Virus record (IMG/VR): IMGVR_UViG_3300028274_000006
Location: 10,773 to 74,772 of that record
Origin: a virus
Length of the DNA stretch: 64,000 bases
Strand: one strand, 5' to 3'
Under the pieces are notes generated by a model that saw only the letters and a list, made by a program, of their open reading frames with translations, did no database searches and was not told the origin of the DNA. The position numbers were made by a program, and so were the translations under genes. Of this stretch, positions 38,781 through 49,181 are shown one piece after another; the first letter of the stretch is position 1, and each line of letters begins with the position of its first letter.

Positions 38781-39453
38781 ATTAGTAGCAATCATGGGAT
38801 GGCGTTATGAGCCTGAGTGGATGGTTCGGGAAATGCACCACAACTTACTTCCCTGGGTTGATGACTTTGCAGTCTTAGACGATAGGGGCAGGAAAGACCT
38901 ATGGAGACATGAGGGTGAATACCGAAGAAAGCTGAGATCAAAGGCTAGAAAGATGAAGGCAGATTGGGTTCTGGTCACCTCACCAGACGAGAGATGGGAG
39001 AAGAACGCAGGAGAGGTCATTAGACCCCTAATAGATGACAACAAAAGGAAAGTAATATATCAGTTTAATCTCAAGGAAATGTGGGATCCGTACCATTACC
39101 GAGTAGATGGTATCTGGGGTAGGAAAGTACGCAGAAGGCTTTATCCTCTACTACCTAATCAGAAGATGGCTTATCAATCTATCCAATGCCCCAGTTTCCC
39201 ACAGAACGAGGACTATAAAGTAGAGCACGTTGATGTTAATATCTATCATCTCAAGATGATGTCTAGAGAGAATAGGAGAATGAGGGCTAAAGTATTTAAG
39301 AAGCTAGATGAGGATAATAAGTTTCAAGGGATAGGATATGACTATTTAGCAGACGAGAGAGGGGTAGAGCTAGAAGCAGTCCTAAAAGACAGAGAGTTCT
39401 TTCCCAAGGTAACACAAGAATATAAGTTTGAAGTACCAGAGCATTTATTATGA
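38767..39453 (+). CDS. GT-A-like glycosyltransferase (atypical DxD)
   Basis: VLDD, ADWVLVTSPDERW and IYHL motifs. Confidence 0.6.
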   Translation: MKRNKLVAIMGWRYEPEWMVREMHHNLLPWVDDFAVLDDRGRKDLWRHEGEYRRKLRSKARKMKADWVLVTSPDERWEKNAGEVIRPLIDDNKRKVIYQFNLKEMWDPYHYRVDGIWGRKVRRRLYPLLPNQKMAYQSIQCPSFPQNEDYKVEHVDVNIYHLKMMSRENRRMRAKVFKKLDEDNKFQGIGYDYLADERGVELEAVLKDREFFPKVTQEYKFEVPEHLL

Positions 39454-40274
39454 CATTCTTACTAACAGCTCACTTTGCTGACTTGTTCAGGGGAACGGAG
39501 AGGTTTAACTATATCTTAGCTAAGTACCTTAGCAATGAGGGTCACGACGTTTATTTCTTCAGTCACAAGCATGGGGGGTTCTCTAAGTCTATAGCGGAGT
39601 ACGCTACTATCTTGGAAGAGCCTGGAATAATGGAGTTTGACCAAATTATATCTTCTCACAATGTCTGCTATAAAGATGTGATGCACTTGAGCAAGAATAG
39701 GTTGTTTATTTGTCACGGCATACTTAGCAACTTAGATGTTCCACCTGGAGATTGCCCTTCAGTAGCCGTATCGGAAGAGGCGATGATTGAGTACGGATGT
39801 GATGGGGTGATGAAGAACCCTGTGGACATGGACTTCTTTTACCCCGAGGAGAAGAGGGGGGACACCATCGTTTACCTAGACTCCAACCCCACAGAGATAA
39901 TGCTTAAAATCCTAGAAAAGAATAATGAGAATTATGAGGTTGTTGGTGCGGGAGGTAAAGATGAGGATATATCTAAGAAGGTTAGAAGTGCCCGCATGGT
40001 AATAGCAGGAGCAAGAGGAGCATTGGAGGCTATGGCTTGTAAGGTTCCAGTGTTGGTTTATAAGAGCACAGGCTTTGATGGATATTGTGGAGAGTATTGG
40101 GAGCTACAGAAAAACAACTTCTCTGGTAGACGCTACTCCAAAGACCTAACATTAGACACCTTTAGATATGAGATGGCTAAGATCAACGATGAGGACACAG
40201 AGGATTGTTATGAGTATGTTAAAGATCAGCACGACATTAAGAGTATTATGTACAGACTGAGGCAATATTTATGA
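39450..40274 (+). CDS. GT-B (GT4-like) glycosyltransferase
   Basis: GTE, GHDV, NPVD and RGALEAMACKVPV motifs. Confidence 0.75.
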   Translation: MTFLLTAHFADLFRGTERFNYILAKYLSNEGHDVYFFSHKHGGFSKSIAEYATILEEPGIMEFDQIISSHNVCYKDVMHLSKNRLFICHGILSNLDVPPGDCPSVAVSEEAMIEYGCDGVMKNPVDMDFFYPEEKRGDTIVYLDSNPTEIMLKILEKNNENYEVVGAGGKDEDISKKVRSARMVIAGARGALEAMACKVPVLVYKSTGFDGYCGEYWELQKNNFSGRRYSKDLTLDTFRYEMAKINDEDTEDCYEYVKDQHDIKSIMYRLRQYL

Positions 40275-41122
40275 AAATATTATTAACTGGTTCAGAGGGA
40301 TTTATTGGCTCACATCTTAAAAATAGATTAGAGAGCGAAGGTCATTTAACACACTGTATTGATAGGAAGTTAGGAAGTGATTTAATAGATCCAGGAACGA
40401 TTAAAGATTACTTAGACGTTAAGGTGGATTATATAGTTCACTTAGCTGGTGACTGTTCTACCCCCAAGAGCCTGAAAGACCCAGCTACATCGTTTAAGGA
40501 TAATTTGTTAGCTACATTCAATGTTTGTCAGTTAGCGGGTAAGAATAAGATCCCACTTCTGTTTACCTCCACCTGTAAGACAGAGCCAGGACCAGACGGC
40601 TCTAGAACACCCTATGGAACAGCCAAGTTATGTGCAGAGGAATGGGTTAAAGAGTATAAGTTCTCTTACGACGTACCAATCATTATTAACAAACCAGGAA
40701 CCATCTATGGACCAGGACAAGATGCTTCACCTGAGTCTGGGTGGCTGAGTTGGTTTATAGAAGCCAGTATGACCGATCAGGAGATTACTATTTACGGAGA
40801 TGGTAATCAGAGCAGAGATGTGCTCTATATCTCTGACTACATTGACCTACTGATGGATCAACTCAACAACTTTGATAAGTATGAGGGTAAGACCTACGGC
40901 GTCGGTGGAGGAAAGAAGAACGAGATCAGCCTACTAAGGGCATTAGAGTTACTTGAGTACAAAAATTATACATTTACTAACCCAAGGAAGGGAGATGTGA
41001 CGAGGTTTGTTTCAGACAATTTTTACGTAGAATCGGTAAATGGGTGGAGACCAAAAGTATCATATTTAGAAGGGATAACTAGAACAAAGGAGTACTATGA
41101 GAATCTTAATAACGGGAGCTAG
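40271..41122 (+). CDS. NDP-sugar epimerase, CDP-tyvelose 2-epimerase-like
   Basis: TGSEGFIG, PYGTAK, GWLSWF, IYGDGNQSRDVL and GGGKKNEISLL motifs. Confidence 0.8.
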   Translation: MKILLTGSEGFIGSHLKNRLESEGHLTHCIDRKLGSDLIDPGTIKDYLDVKVDYIVHLAGDCSTPKSLKDPATSFKDNLLATFNVCQLAGKNKIPLLFTSTCKTEPGPDGSRTPYGTAKLCAEEWVKEYKFSYDVPIIINKPGTIYGPGQDASPESGWLSWFIEASMTDQEITIYGDGNQSRDVLYISDYIDLLMDQLNNFDKYEGKTYGVGGGKKNEISLLRALELLEYKNYTFTNPRKGDVTRFVSDNFYVESVNGWRPKVSYLEGITRTKEYYENLNNGS

Positions 41123-41981
41123 TGGCTTCATCGGCAGTCATACAGTAGACGAGGCTAGGAGCCGTGGTCTTGAGGTAGTTTCCTTTGATAGAGCGGTGGG
41201 GGAGACTGAGAGAGGCAGGGGAGAGGTGTTTTTAGGTGATATTACCGACTACCATGCAGTAAGAGAAGCAGTTAATCACGCAGATTATGCAATAAATCTT
41301 GCAGGAATACTTGGTACTCAAGAAACCATAAATGACCCCATACCAAGCATCCAGGTGAACACCATTGGAGCACTAAACTTCTTTAAGGCTTGTATTCCAA
41401 CAAAATTCCACCAGGTTAAAGCAGTACAGATCGGGGTGGGTAACTACTGGATGAACAACTCATACTCTATAAGTAAGAACTCAGCGGTTAGGTTTTCTCA
41501 GATGTACAATAAGGAACACGGGACTAAGATTGCAGCAGTCAGAGCATTGAATGCCTATGGTCCTGGTCAGAAGACCAAGCCAGTCCGTAAGATTATTCCC
41601 ACATTCATAATGAGAGCCTTGAGGAATGAAGATATAGAAATATATGGAGATGGTGAACAAGTAATGGATATGATTTATGTTAAAGACCTAGCTAGAATCT
41701 TAGTAGATGCTGCTGTGTTAGATCATGGCAACTACACCACTCCATTTGAGGCTGGTACTAGCAGACATACTACTGTGAACTGGATTGCCGAGAAGGTGAT
41801 TGAGGCATCAGGGAGCAAGTCTAAGGTAGTTCATTCGCCAATGAGACCAGGTGAGGATAGGGGAGCTGTAGTGGTAGCTGATCCAGAGACACTAGAACCA
41901 CTTGGATATCAAGACATGGCTTTATTTGAGGATAAGATTGTAGACACTATTAAGTGGTATAAGGAAAACCATGAGGTTTAG
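41097..41981 (+). CDS. NAD-dependent epimerase/dehydratase
   Basis: TGASGFIG, YSISK, NAYGPGQ and YGDGEQ motifs. Confidence 0.9.
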   Translation: MRILITGASGFIGSHTVDEARSRGLEVVSFDRAVGETERGRGEVFLGDITDYHAVREAVNHADYAINLAGILGTQETINDPIPSIQVNTIGALNFFKACIPTKFHQVKAVQIGVGNYWMNNSYSISKNSAVRFSQMYNKEHGTKIAAVRALNAYGPGQKTKPVRKIIPTFIMRALRNEDIEIYGDGEQVMDMIYVKDLARILVDAAVLDHGNYTTPFEAGTSRHTTVNWIAEKVIEASGSKSKVVHSPMRPGEDRGAVVVADPETLEPLGYQDMALFEDKIVDTIKWYKENHEV

Positions 41982-42669
41982 TGTTATTACTAGCTGTTAT
42001 AACCAGTTAGAACAAATTAAAAAGACTAGGGAGTATCTGAATAAACAGACCTTTATAGACTTTGAGTGGATTCTAGCTGATGACGGCTCTAGTGATGGCA
42101 CTGATAGGTGGGCTAAGAGAAACACTGATAAATATGTATGGCAACATGACGTAGGTTATAGATTAACTAAGATCCTTAACAAAGCCGCTGCGGTAGCTGA
42201 AGGAGAATACTTAGTCTGGATAATGGGGGACTCTTATCCTAAAGAAGACTTTTTAGAGAAGGTGAGTGAATACATAACTTCATCTATGGTTGCTACAGGA
42301 GTAAGGGTTAATGTAAAAGATGGTGGGGCGGTATCGTTTGACTGGAGAGTTAGTGATGTTGATTTAACAGGTGTGAATTGTATCAGAGTAAAGGGCAAAT
42401 CTCCTTGGAAACTAATGACTCTTAACTCAATGATAATGCCTAGAAGTGTTTATAAGAGGATGGGCGGTATTTACTCTGGTTATGATGAGGGATACGGAAG
42501 AATGGATTGGGACATGGCTGCATGGGCTCATTACTGCGGATATGAGCTAACCTGGATTCCACAGGCTATAATCTACCACGAGGATCACGAAGGAAAGAAG
42601 GATACAGTTAATAATGTAGACCTATTTAATAAAAGACTAAAGGAGTTTCAAGATGCTACTCTATGCTGA
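41971..42669 (+). CDS. GT2 glycosyltransferase
   Basis: ADDGSSD, WQHDVGYRL and YGRMD motifs. Confidence 0.85.
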   Translation: MRFSVITSCYNQLEQIKKTREYLNKQTFIDFEWILADDGSSDGTDRWAKRNTDKYVWQHDVGYRLTKILNKAAAVAEGEYLVWIMGDSYPKEDFLEKVSEYITSSMVATGVRVNVKDGGAVSFDWRVSDVDLTGVNCIRVKGKSPWKLMTLNSMIMPRSVYKRMGGIYSGYDEGYGRMDWDMAAWAHYCGYELTWIPQAIIYHEDHEGKKDTVNNVDLFNKRLKEFQDATLC

Positions 42670-43780
42670 GGCTACATTTGGAGAAGAAGAACAAGACGCT
42701 GTTCTAGATGTATTTACTAATGGTTGGTTAAGTGGTGGTAAAAAGACTAGCGAGTTTGAAGAGAAGCTAGCTAAGTGGTGGGGGGTTAAGTACGCAGTAG
42801 CAGTGAACTCTGGATCTAGTGCTAACTTTGTAGCCACTCAAGCTCTTGATCTGCCAAAGGGAAGTGAAGTACTAACAATGGCTCTCTCTTTCCCAACTAC
42901 GGTAAGCCCCATTCTTTACATGGGATTAAAACCTGTTTACTTAGATTGTGATCTCCCTTCATATACAGTGAAGTTGGATGATAGTGCAGTAACAAAGGAC
43001 ACTAAGGCGTTGATCTTTGCTCATACTCTAGGAAATATAGTTAATATGGATGAGGTGATGTCATTTGTAAAGAAGCATGACCTTAAACTACTTGAGGACT
43101 GCTGTGATGCTATGGGTGGTAATTGGAAGGGAAAGCCAGTTGGAACATTCGGAGATATGGCTACAGTATCATTCTACCCAGCACACCACATGACTACCTT
43201 TGGAGAGGGTGGAGCTATCTTAACTAACGACTATACCCTATACAACGCTTGTAGGAGCATTAGGGACTGGGGCAAGGCTTGTGTTTGCAAGTTTGCAGAA
43301 CATGGATGTAAGGCTAGATTTGCTAACCCTCCCTACGATCATAGATACTTTTATACCAGACTAGGATTAAACTTTAAGATGACTGAGGCTAGTGCAGCCT
43401 TTGGTACAGTTCAGCTAGATAGAATAGATGATTTTGTTAGAAGTAGAAAAATTAACTTTGACTACCTATATCACGCCCTAAAAGATGTGGCTATAGTTAC
43501 CACTCCGATAGAAGGAGCAGACCCATCTTGGTTTGCTTTCCCCATCTATCACCCAAATAAGCTAAGGGCGACTGAATACCTTGAGAAACATGGAGTACAA
43601 ACCAGGTCTTTGTTTTCAGGAAACATCCTTAAACACCCAGCCTATAAAGGATCAGGGAGATCAGTGCCAGTACCTAACTCAGATAAGGTGTTAGACAACG
43701 TGTTCTTTGTGGGAGTTGGTCCAAAACTAACAATAGATGATTTAGATTACATGATAAAAAGGATTAAAGAAACTCTATGA
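42653..43780 (+). CDS. DegT-family enzyme, E1/RfbH(DdhC)-like NDP-4-keto-6-deoxyhexose 3-dehydrase
   Basis: NSGSSAN, EDCCDA, SFYPAHH (His at the catalytic Lys position), RDWGKACVC...C. Confidence 0.8.
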   Translation: MLLYAEATFGEEEQDAVLDVFTNGWLSGGKKTSEFEEKLAKWWGVKYAVAVNSGSSANFVATQALDLPKGSEVLTMALSFPTTVSPILYMGLKPVYLDCDLPSYTVKLDDSAVTKDTKALIFAHTLGNIVNMDEVMSFVKKHDLKLLEDCCDAMGGNWKGKPVGTFGDMATVSFYPAHHMTTFGEGGAILTNDYTLYNACRSIRDWGKACVCKFAEHGCKARFANPPYDHRYFYTRLGLNFKMTEASAAFGTVQLDRIDDFVRSRKINFDYLYHALKDVAIVTTPIEGADPSWFAFPIYHPNKLRATEYLEKHGVQTRSLFSGNILKHPAYKGSGRSVPVPNSDKVLDNVFFVGVGPKLTIDDLDYMIKRIKETL

Positions 43781-44481
43781 AGGTCTCTATAGTCACTGGA
43801 TCATATAACGCAGTAGACATACACCCCAAGATGTATAAGGCATTCCTTGAGCAGGAAGAGTTAATCCACGAATGGATTATTTGTGATGATGGATCAACTG
43901 ATGGATCTATTGATCTTCTAATGGAGTACAGTAAACATCCTAAGATTAGTGCTTATTGGCAGTCAAATAATGGGATTAGGCTTTCAGCTTCCCTCAACAA
44001 TGGGCTTAGAAGAGCTACTGGCGATGTTCTTTTTATTTTAATGGGAGATACATACTTAAGACCTAACACCATGGAGATGGTACACGAGAATTATATTAGG
44101 GGAACTGCTGGATGCGGACTAAAGGTAAACGTAGATGAAAACGAGAAGTTTCATTCTTTTGATTGGAGATATGTAAGAGAGTACTTGGGTAAAAATGTTC
44201 ATATTGATGATGATGATGCTTACTCTTTTCTTACTGGAAATATTATGTTGGTGGAGAAAAAACACATGGAAAAGGCTGGTTGGTATAATGAGGATTACTG
44301 TAACGGATATGGTAAGGATGACTGGAGTGTCTTTTTAAGACTGTGGTCTATTAATGTTCCTCTGTATCAGTATAATGGTATACAGGCAAACCATCGTTGG
44401 CATGGTGAGGGAGGAGCAGATTGTGAAAAAAATACCAAATTATTCAAGGAGGAATATGAAAATATCATGCGACTACGATGA
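43777..44481 (+). CDS. GT2 glycosyltransferase
   Basis: CDDGSTD and YGKDD motifs; related to 41971. Confidence 0.85.
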   Translation: MKVSIVTGSYNAVDIHPKMYKAFLEQEELIHEWIICDDGSTDGSIDLLMEYSKHPKISAYWQSNNGIRLSASLNNGLRRATGDVLFILMGDTYLRPNTMEMVHENYIRGTAGCGLKVNVDENEKFHSFDWRYVREYLGKNVHIDDDDAYSFLTGNIMLVEKKHMEKAGWYNEDYCNGYGKDDWSVFLRLWSINVPLYQYNGIQANHRWHGEGGADCEKNTKLFKEEYENIMRLR

Positions 44482-45049
44482 TTTCAGTCCCATGAACCAC
44501 AGATTTGATATCTTAGATAAGATTAGGGAGAGATACCCAGATTTTAAGGTAACCATGTTTACCGTTCCCTGGGAGATAAGACTTTCTCCCAGCACTAAGG
44601 GAACTCCTATTACTCACGATAGATATAAGCCCTGGGTAGATAAAGTAATAGAGGCGGTAGACGAGGGTTGGATGGATATTTCCCTTCATGGACTTACTCA
44701 CGCTCCAAGAGAAATGGAGAACTTAACCTATCAAGAAGTGAAGAATCGTATTCTTACAGGACAAAAGATGTTTGAGAATGTAGGGATTAAGATTAATGAT
44801 TTATTCAAAGCTCCTCAATGGCTTATTAGTGAGGATGGCAAAAAAGCTGTAGAGGACTTAGGACTCAAGCTGATGGAAGATCATTATTACAACTGGAACC
44901 TCAAGGATGATAAACCAAAGAAGAAGAAAAAACTGATAGCCCATGGTCATGTTCAAGACGTGATGGGAAACGGCTTAGATGAGTCTTTTTTCAGGCTAAG
45001 TAAAACCCCCACCGATGCAGAGTGGCTACATCTAAAGGAGATGATATGA
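44456..45049 (+). CDS. Polysaccharide deacetylase-like protein (copy B)
   Basis: Paralog of 5318-5908. Confidence 0.75.
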   Translation: MKISCDYDDFSPMNHRFDILDKIRERYPDFKVTMFTVPWEIRLSPSTKGTPITHDRYKPWVDKVIEAVDEGWMDISLHGLTHAPREMENLTYQEVKNRILTGQKMFENVGIKINDLFKAPQWLISEDGKKAVEDLGLKLMEDHYYNWNLKDDKPKKKKKLIAHGHVQDVMGNGLDESFFRLSKTPTDAEWLHLKEMI

Positions 45050-45081
45050 AAATAATAGCTTTCAGTAATGATATGTGTTAA
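45046..45081 (+). pseudogene. Orphaned original 5' end of the GT4 gene (MKIIAFSNDMC*)
   Basis: Matches the start of 5905 (MKIVAFSND). Confidence 0.7.
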
Positions 45082-45084
45082 TAT

Positions 45085-45621
45085 ATGAAAATGGCATACT
45101 TTGATAACAAAAAAGACGATCTGCTAGATTTATATTTAAATCAGAATAAGGATGGCGTTGAAATAGCTAAGATTTATGGTGTTGGATACTCAACTGTTTA
45201 TAGGGCACTAGAAGAATTTGGAGTTAAACGAAACTTATCTAATAGAGGAAAATATTATAGAAACCAAGAGTGGATTAGTGAAATGAGAGAGAGGCTCCGT
45301 GGTAAAAAATATGAGCCTAAGTCTGAAGAGATTAGGGAGAATTATAAAAAAGGTGCTTTAAAAAGAATAAAAAACAACCCACACCAGTATTCTCTTGATA
45401 AAAACTATAAGAGTAAGTCAGGTTTAAAAAACGCAATGTTGGTTGTTTATGGAAAAGATAGGTGTTTTAAATGTGGTTGGGATGAATACTCAGATATTTT
45501 ACAAGTCCACCACAAGGATATGAACCATAAAAACAACACTTTAAGTAACTGTATTTGGCTTTGTCCTAATTGCCACTACTATATTCATTACTACGAAGGG
45601 ATGGGAAAAGATGTCAATTAA
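45085..45621 (+). CDS. HTH-HNH homing endonuclease
   Basis: N-terminal HTH; CFKCG...VHHKDMNHKNN...LCPNCH; absent from copy A. Confidence 0.9.
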   Translation: MKMAYFDNKKDDLLDLYLNQNKDGVEIAKIYGVGYSTVYRALEEFGVKRNLSNRGKYYRNQEWISEMRERLRGKKYEPKSEEIRENYKKGALKRIKNNPHQYSLDKNYKSKSGLKNAMLVVYGKDRCFKCGWDEYSDILQVHHKDMNHKNNTLSNCIWLCPNCHYYIHYYEGMGKDVN

Positions 45622-46630
45622 AATCGTGGCGTTTTCAAATGATACTGGTTCAGTTCAATGGAGATTAACTGGTCCTGCTAATTATATTAACTCACTCACA
45701 GAGCATGAATATGCTGTGGGTAGTCATAAGGATTGGGATAACGACACTATGGGAGCTGATGTTATAGTAGCCCAGATGTGGCGCAACCCCAAGGGGATTG
45801 ATGTCTGTCACGAGCAGGGAGCTAAGGTAGTCTATGATGCTGACGATATTATCATTGGCGTAGGAGGAAAAGACCGCAAAACCCTTATGGATCTTAACGA
45901 TGAACAAACAAAACAAACCATAGATACGATTAAGAAGTGTGATTTGGTTACAGTTACCACTGAAAAAATAGCCGAACACTACAGACAGTTCAACGACAAC
46001 GTGTTAGTGCTTCCTAACTACCTAGATTACTTCTGGTGGGGAAAACCATTAGACGTTAGATCTAAAGGAAGTTTGAGGATTGGATGGGCTGGTAGTCTTT
46101 CTCATAGGGAAGATTTAATGATGATCTCGCCCATAATAGAGAAGATTTGCAAGCAGTTTGATTTTGTTAAGTTTGTTTATTGTGGTGCTGGAGGCAAATC
46201 TGGGCTATATGGGGAAGAAATATTTGAAAATATACCACCACACCAGAGAGAATATATTAGTGGAGTTCCCCTTGAATACTTCCCCGCTAAATCTAAGACA
46301 CTTGGGTTTGATATAGCTATCGCGCCCTTATTAGACGATGAGTTTAACGCTGGTAAAAGTGCTATTAAATATTATGAGTATGCAGCTAATGGCGTACCTG
46401 GGGTCTACAGCGATACAGTGGTATATAACAACGTTGTTAAACATGGTGAAACGGGCTATTTAGCAAAGACCAAGGGAGATTGGGAGAAGTATCTAACTGA
46501 GCTGATTATGGATGAGAAGAAACGCTTAGAGATTGCTAAAGAAGCATATAAGCACGTCTTTGAGAATTATAATTTAGACGACCACTATCCTAAGTGGGTG
46601 GAGGCATACGAAAAATGTCTGACGCAGTAG
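45611..46630 (+). CDS. GT4 glycosyltransferase (copy B)
   Basis: Paralog of 5905-6918. Confidence 0.9.
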   Translation: MSIKIVAFSNDTGSVQWRLTGPANYINSLTEHEYAVGSHKDWDNDTMGADVIVAQMWRNPKGIDVCHEQGAKVVYDADDIIIGVGGKDRKTLMDLNDEQTKQTIDTIKKCDLVTVTTEKIAEHYRQFNDNVLVLPNYLDYFWWGKPLDVRSKGSLRIGWAGSLSHREDLMMISPIIEKICKQFDFVKFVYCGAGGKSGLYGEEIFENIPPHQREYISGVPLEYFPAKSKTLGFDIAIAPLLDDEFNAGKSAIKYYEYAANGVPGVYSDTVVYNNVVKHGETGYLAKTKGDWEKYLTELIMDEKKRLEIAKEAYKHVFENYNLDDHYPKWVEAYEKCLTQ

Positions 46631-47154
46631 CAGTACCCGTTACACCATCTGAATCATCAGAAACAACATTCTCTCCAAGGAGTGAAGCTACATCTGGATC
46701 AATCGTTGAGACCAATAACATAGATGAGTTTAGTTCTCCTAGCGGACAGCCGTTTGTGGCTGATTACTTCGGTATAGATAGCTCTAACCCAGAGTTTATT
46801 GAGGTAATCTCCGATGTTAATAGTTGGTTGAGTGAATCTACTGACGGATCATTGGGGATGGCTCAGAATGAGTTAAAGACGCTGTTTGATGTGTTAAACC
46901 TCAAGGACACTGACTCAGGATTTCATAACATTAATAGGGTTAGGGAGTTTATAGAGATTAAGAGAGAGCAGAATAGAATTAAAGAGATGCAGGAACAAGC
47001 TGAAAAAGATATTACAGAAGGTTTAACCGATGGCTATGAGATCAGAGCAGAACAGAAAAGAATTAACTCAGTAAAGGAAGAGATCAGTAAACGTCAAAAC
47101 TTCATTAATAAGGCAAGAAAAAAAGTACTTGCAGATATTAAGAAACTAGGGTAA
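46615..47154 (+). CDS. Hypothetical protein
   Basis: Distant paralog of 6903-7493. Confidence 0.7.
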   Translation: MSDAVAVPVTPSESSETTFSPRSEATSGSIVETNNIDEFSSPSGQPFVADYFGIDSSNPEFIEVISDVNSWLSESTDGSLGMAQNELKTLFDVLNLKDTDSGFHNINRVREFIEIKREQNRIKEMQEQAEKDITEGLTDGYEIRAEQKRINSVKEEISKRQNFINKARKKVLADIKKLG

Positions 47155-47187
47155 TATTATTCTGACGGAGCGGTCTCAGGACTGCTT

Positions 47188-48966
47188 ATGGCATATTCAC
47201 CAAGTTCTTCAACATTTCCAACCGCTAAAACTAGTTTTACTGACCCAGCATCTACTGATGACACACACACTTTTGACCACGCTGGATTGGAATCAGCTCA
47301 GAATGATGCGATTGAAAAGTTAGAAACTAAGGTAGGAATTGATGGCTCTGCTGTTACTACTACTCATAACTATAAACTATCTGGGGTTACTGGTAGCGAC
47401 AAAGCTGCTTCTTTAACTGGTAGTGAAACTTTAACTACTAAAACCCTAACTTCACCCGTAATTAATACAGCAATATCAGGAACAGCCTTCTTAGACGAAG
47501 ATGATATGGCTAGTGATAGTGCTACTAAGGTAGCCTCTCAACAAAGCATTAAGGCTTATGTGGATACTCAATTAACCGCAGAAGATCTTGATGTGGCGGC
47601 TAATACAGGAACAGCAGCCGTAGACTTAGACTCACAACAATTAACCTTAACAGGTAGTTCTGGAATTGGCACAAGTGCTGCTTCTCAAGCAGTTACCTTT
47701 TCTATTCTCGCAGATGGGGTGAATGATACTCACATTGATTTTGGTACAGGAGCTAATCAAGTCTCTACCGCAGATTTACCAGAGGAAACTAATCTCTATT
47801 ACACAGAAGCTAGAGTTACAGCTAATGTAAATGTGGCTTCTGGAACTACTCATATTACTTCAACTGGGGCAGATCATAGTTATATAGATCAATCGGTGGT
47901 AAGTGGGGCAACCCCAACATTTACTAACACCAACTTTACAGAGGCTGCTGATAAGAATTACGTCACAGACGCACAACAAACAGTAATCGGCAATACTAGC
48001 GGAACCAACACTGGAGATGTGACCCTAGATGGTACTCCAGATTATATTACTATTACCAACCAAGTTATTACTAGAAATCAAGTTGATTTAGCAGCTGATG
48101 TCACAGGTAATCTACCGGTAGCTAACCTAAACTCAGGAACAAGTGCAGATGCCACTACTTTTTGGAGAGGTGATGGAGCATGGGCAACTCCCGCAGGTGC
48201 AGGTGATATGGTCGCTGCTACTTATGATCCTGCAACTATCTCAGAACAATTAGCGGGATTGACTGCTACACAAACGCTGACTAATAAAACCTTAACCTCT
48301 CCTGTTTTTCAAGGATCAGTAGATGGCTGGATTAGTGCTAATGAATCATGGTCATATGCCTCAGCTACTACCATAACAGTTCCAAGTGGTGCAGCTAGTA
48401 AGTATGCTAAAGGTGACAAGATTAAACTTACTCAGACTACAGTAAAGTATTTCTATATTGTAGGAGTAGCTGATACTGTTCTTACAGTCACAGGTGGCTC
48501 AGATTATACAGTCGCTAATGCAGCTATAACACTAAACTACTACTCTCATTCTACTAGCCCTATTGGATTTCCAGGTGTATTTAATTATGCACCAACAGGA
48601 ACAAACATAACTTTAGGAAATGGAAGTGTAAGTGCATCTGAGTTTTCTGTTGCTGGAGAAATGGTTTATTTTATGATTAATTTTACTTTAGGATCAACTT
48701 CTGCTATGGGTACTACCCCCAAGTTTACGCTTCCAATCAATAATGGTGGTTCTTGGGGAGAATATACTCCTAATGTGACTATCCATGATTCGGGAACTAA
48801 TTGGTATGCAGGATGGGCATATTTAGTTGATGCTGATGAGGTTACAGCTTATGTTATGCAAGCTAGTGGAAGTTATACTAATAGAACTGATATTACATCA
48901 ACAGTTCCTATGACTTGGACTACTGGTGATAGATTATTAATTAGTGGATTTTATAAAATGGCTTAA
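47188..48966 (+). CDS. Tail fibre protein (copy B, longer)
   Basis: N-terminus shared with 7527; [15 protein letters not shown] and [11 protein letters not shown] fibre motifs. Confidence 0.75.
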   Translation: MAYSPSSSTFPTAKTSFTDPASTDDTHTFDHAGLESAQNDAIEKLETKVGIDGSAVTTTHNYKLSGVTGSDKAASLTGSETLTTKTLTSPVINTAISGTAFLDEDDMASDSATKVASQQSIKAYVDTQLTAEDLDVAANTGTAAVDLDSQQLTLTGSSGIGTSAASQAVTFSILADGVNDTHIDFGTGANQVSTADLPEETNLYYTEARVTANVNVASGTTHITSTGADHSYIDQSVVSGATPTFTNTNFTEAADKNYVTDAQQTVIGNTSGTNTGDVTLDGTPDYITITNQVITRNQVDLAADVTGNLPVANLNSGTSADATTFWRGDGAWATPAGAGDMVAATYDPATISEQLAGLTATQTLTNKTLTSPVFQGSVDGWISANESWSYASATTITVPSGAASKYAKGDKIKLTQTTVKYFYIVGVADTVLTVTGGSDYTVANAAITLNYYSHSTSPIGFPGVFNYAPTGTNITLGNGSVSASEFSVAGEMVYFMINFTLGSTSAMGTTPKFTLPINNGGSWGEYTPNVTIHDSGTNWYAGWAYLVDADEVTAYVMQASGSYTNRTDITSTVPMTWTTGDRLLISGFYKMA

Positions 48967-48969
48967 CCT

Positions 48970-49173
48970 ATGACAACATGGAATGATACAACTACTATAA
49001 GCACTGGCTGGGCTGATGATAACACTCAGACCCAGGGGATAATTAACTTTAATGTAAGTGGAATTAAGTTTAACGAGGTAGGAGTAAAGTTTAACGGATT
49101 AGTAGACTATGATTATAGACATTTTTTATATACAGCAACGTCTAAACCAGAAACAGGCTGGGCTGACGCATAA
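48970..49173 (+). CDS. Small virion-associated protein
   Basis: Homolog of 8670-8849. Confidence 0.7.
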   Translation: MTTWNDTTTISTGWADDNTQTQGIINFNVSGIKFNEVGVKFNGLVDYDYRHFLYTATSKPETGWADA

Positions 49174-49181
49174 GGAGAACT

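Noticed and set aside
45046-45650. Group I intron or intein carrying the HNH gene
   Set aside because: There is no room for a ribozyme core on either side of the ORF, and the GT gene has its own new start codon.
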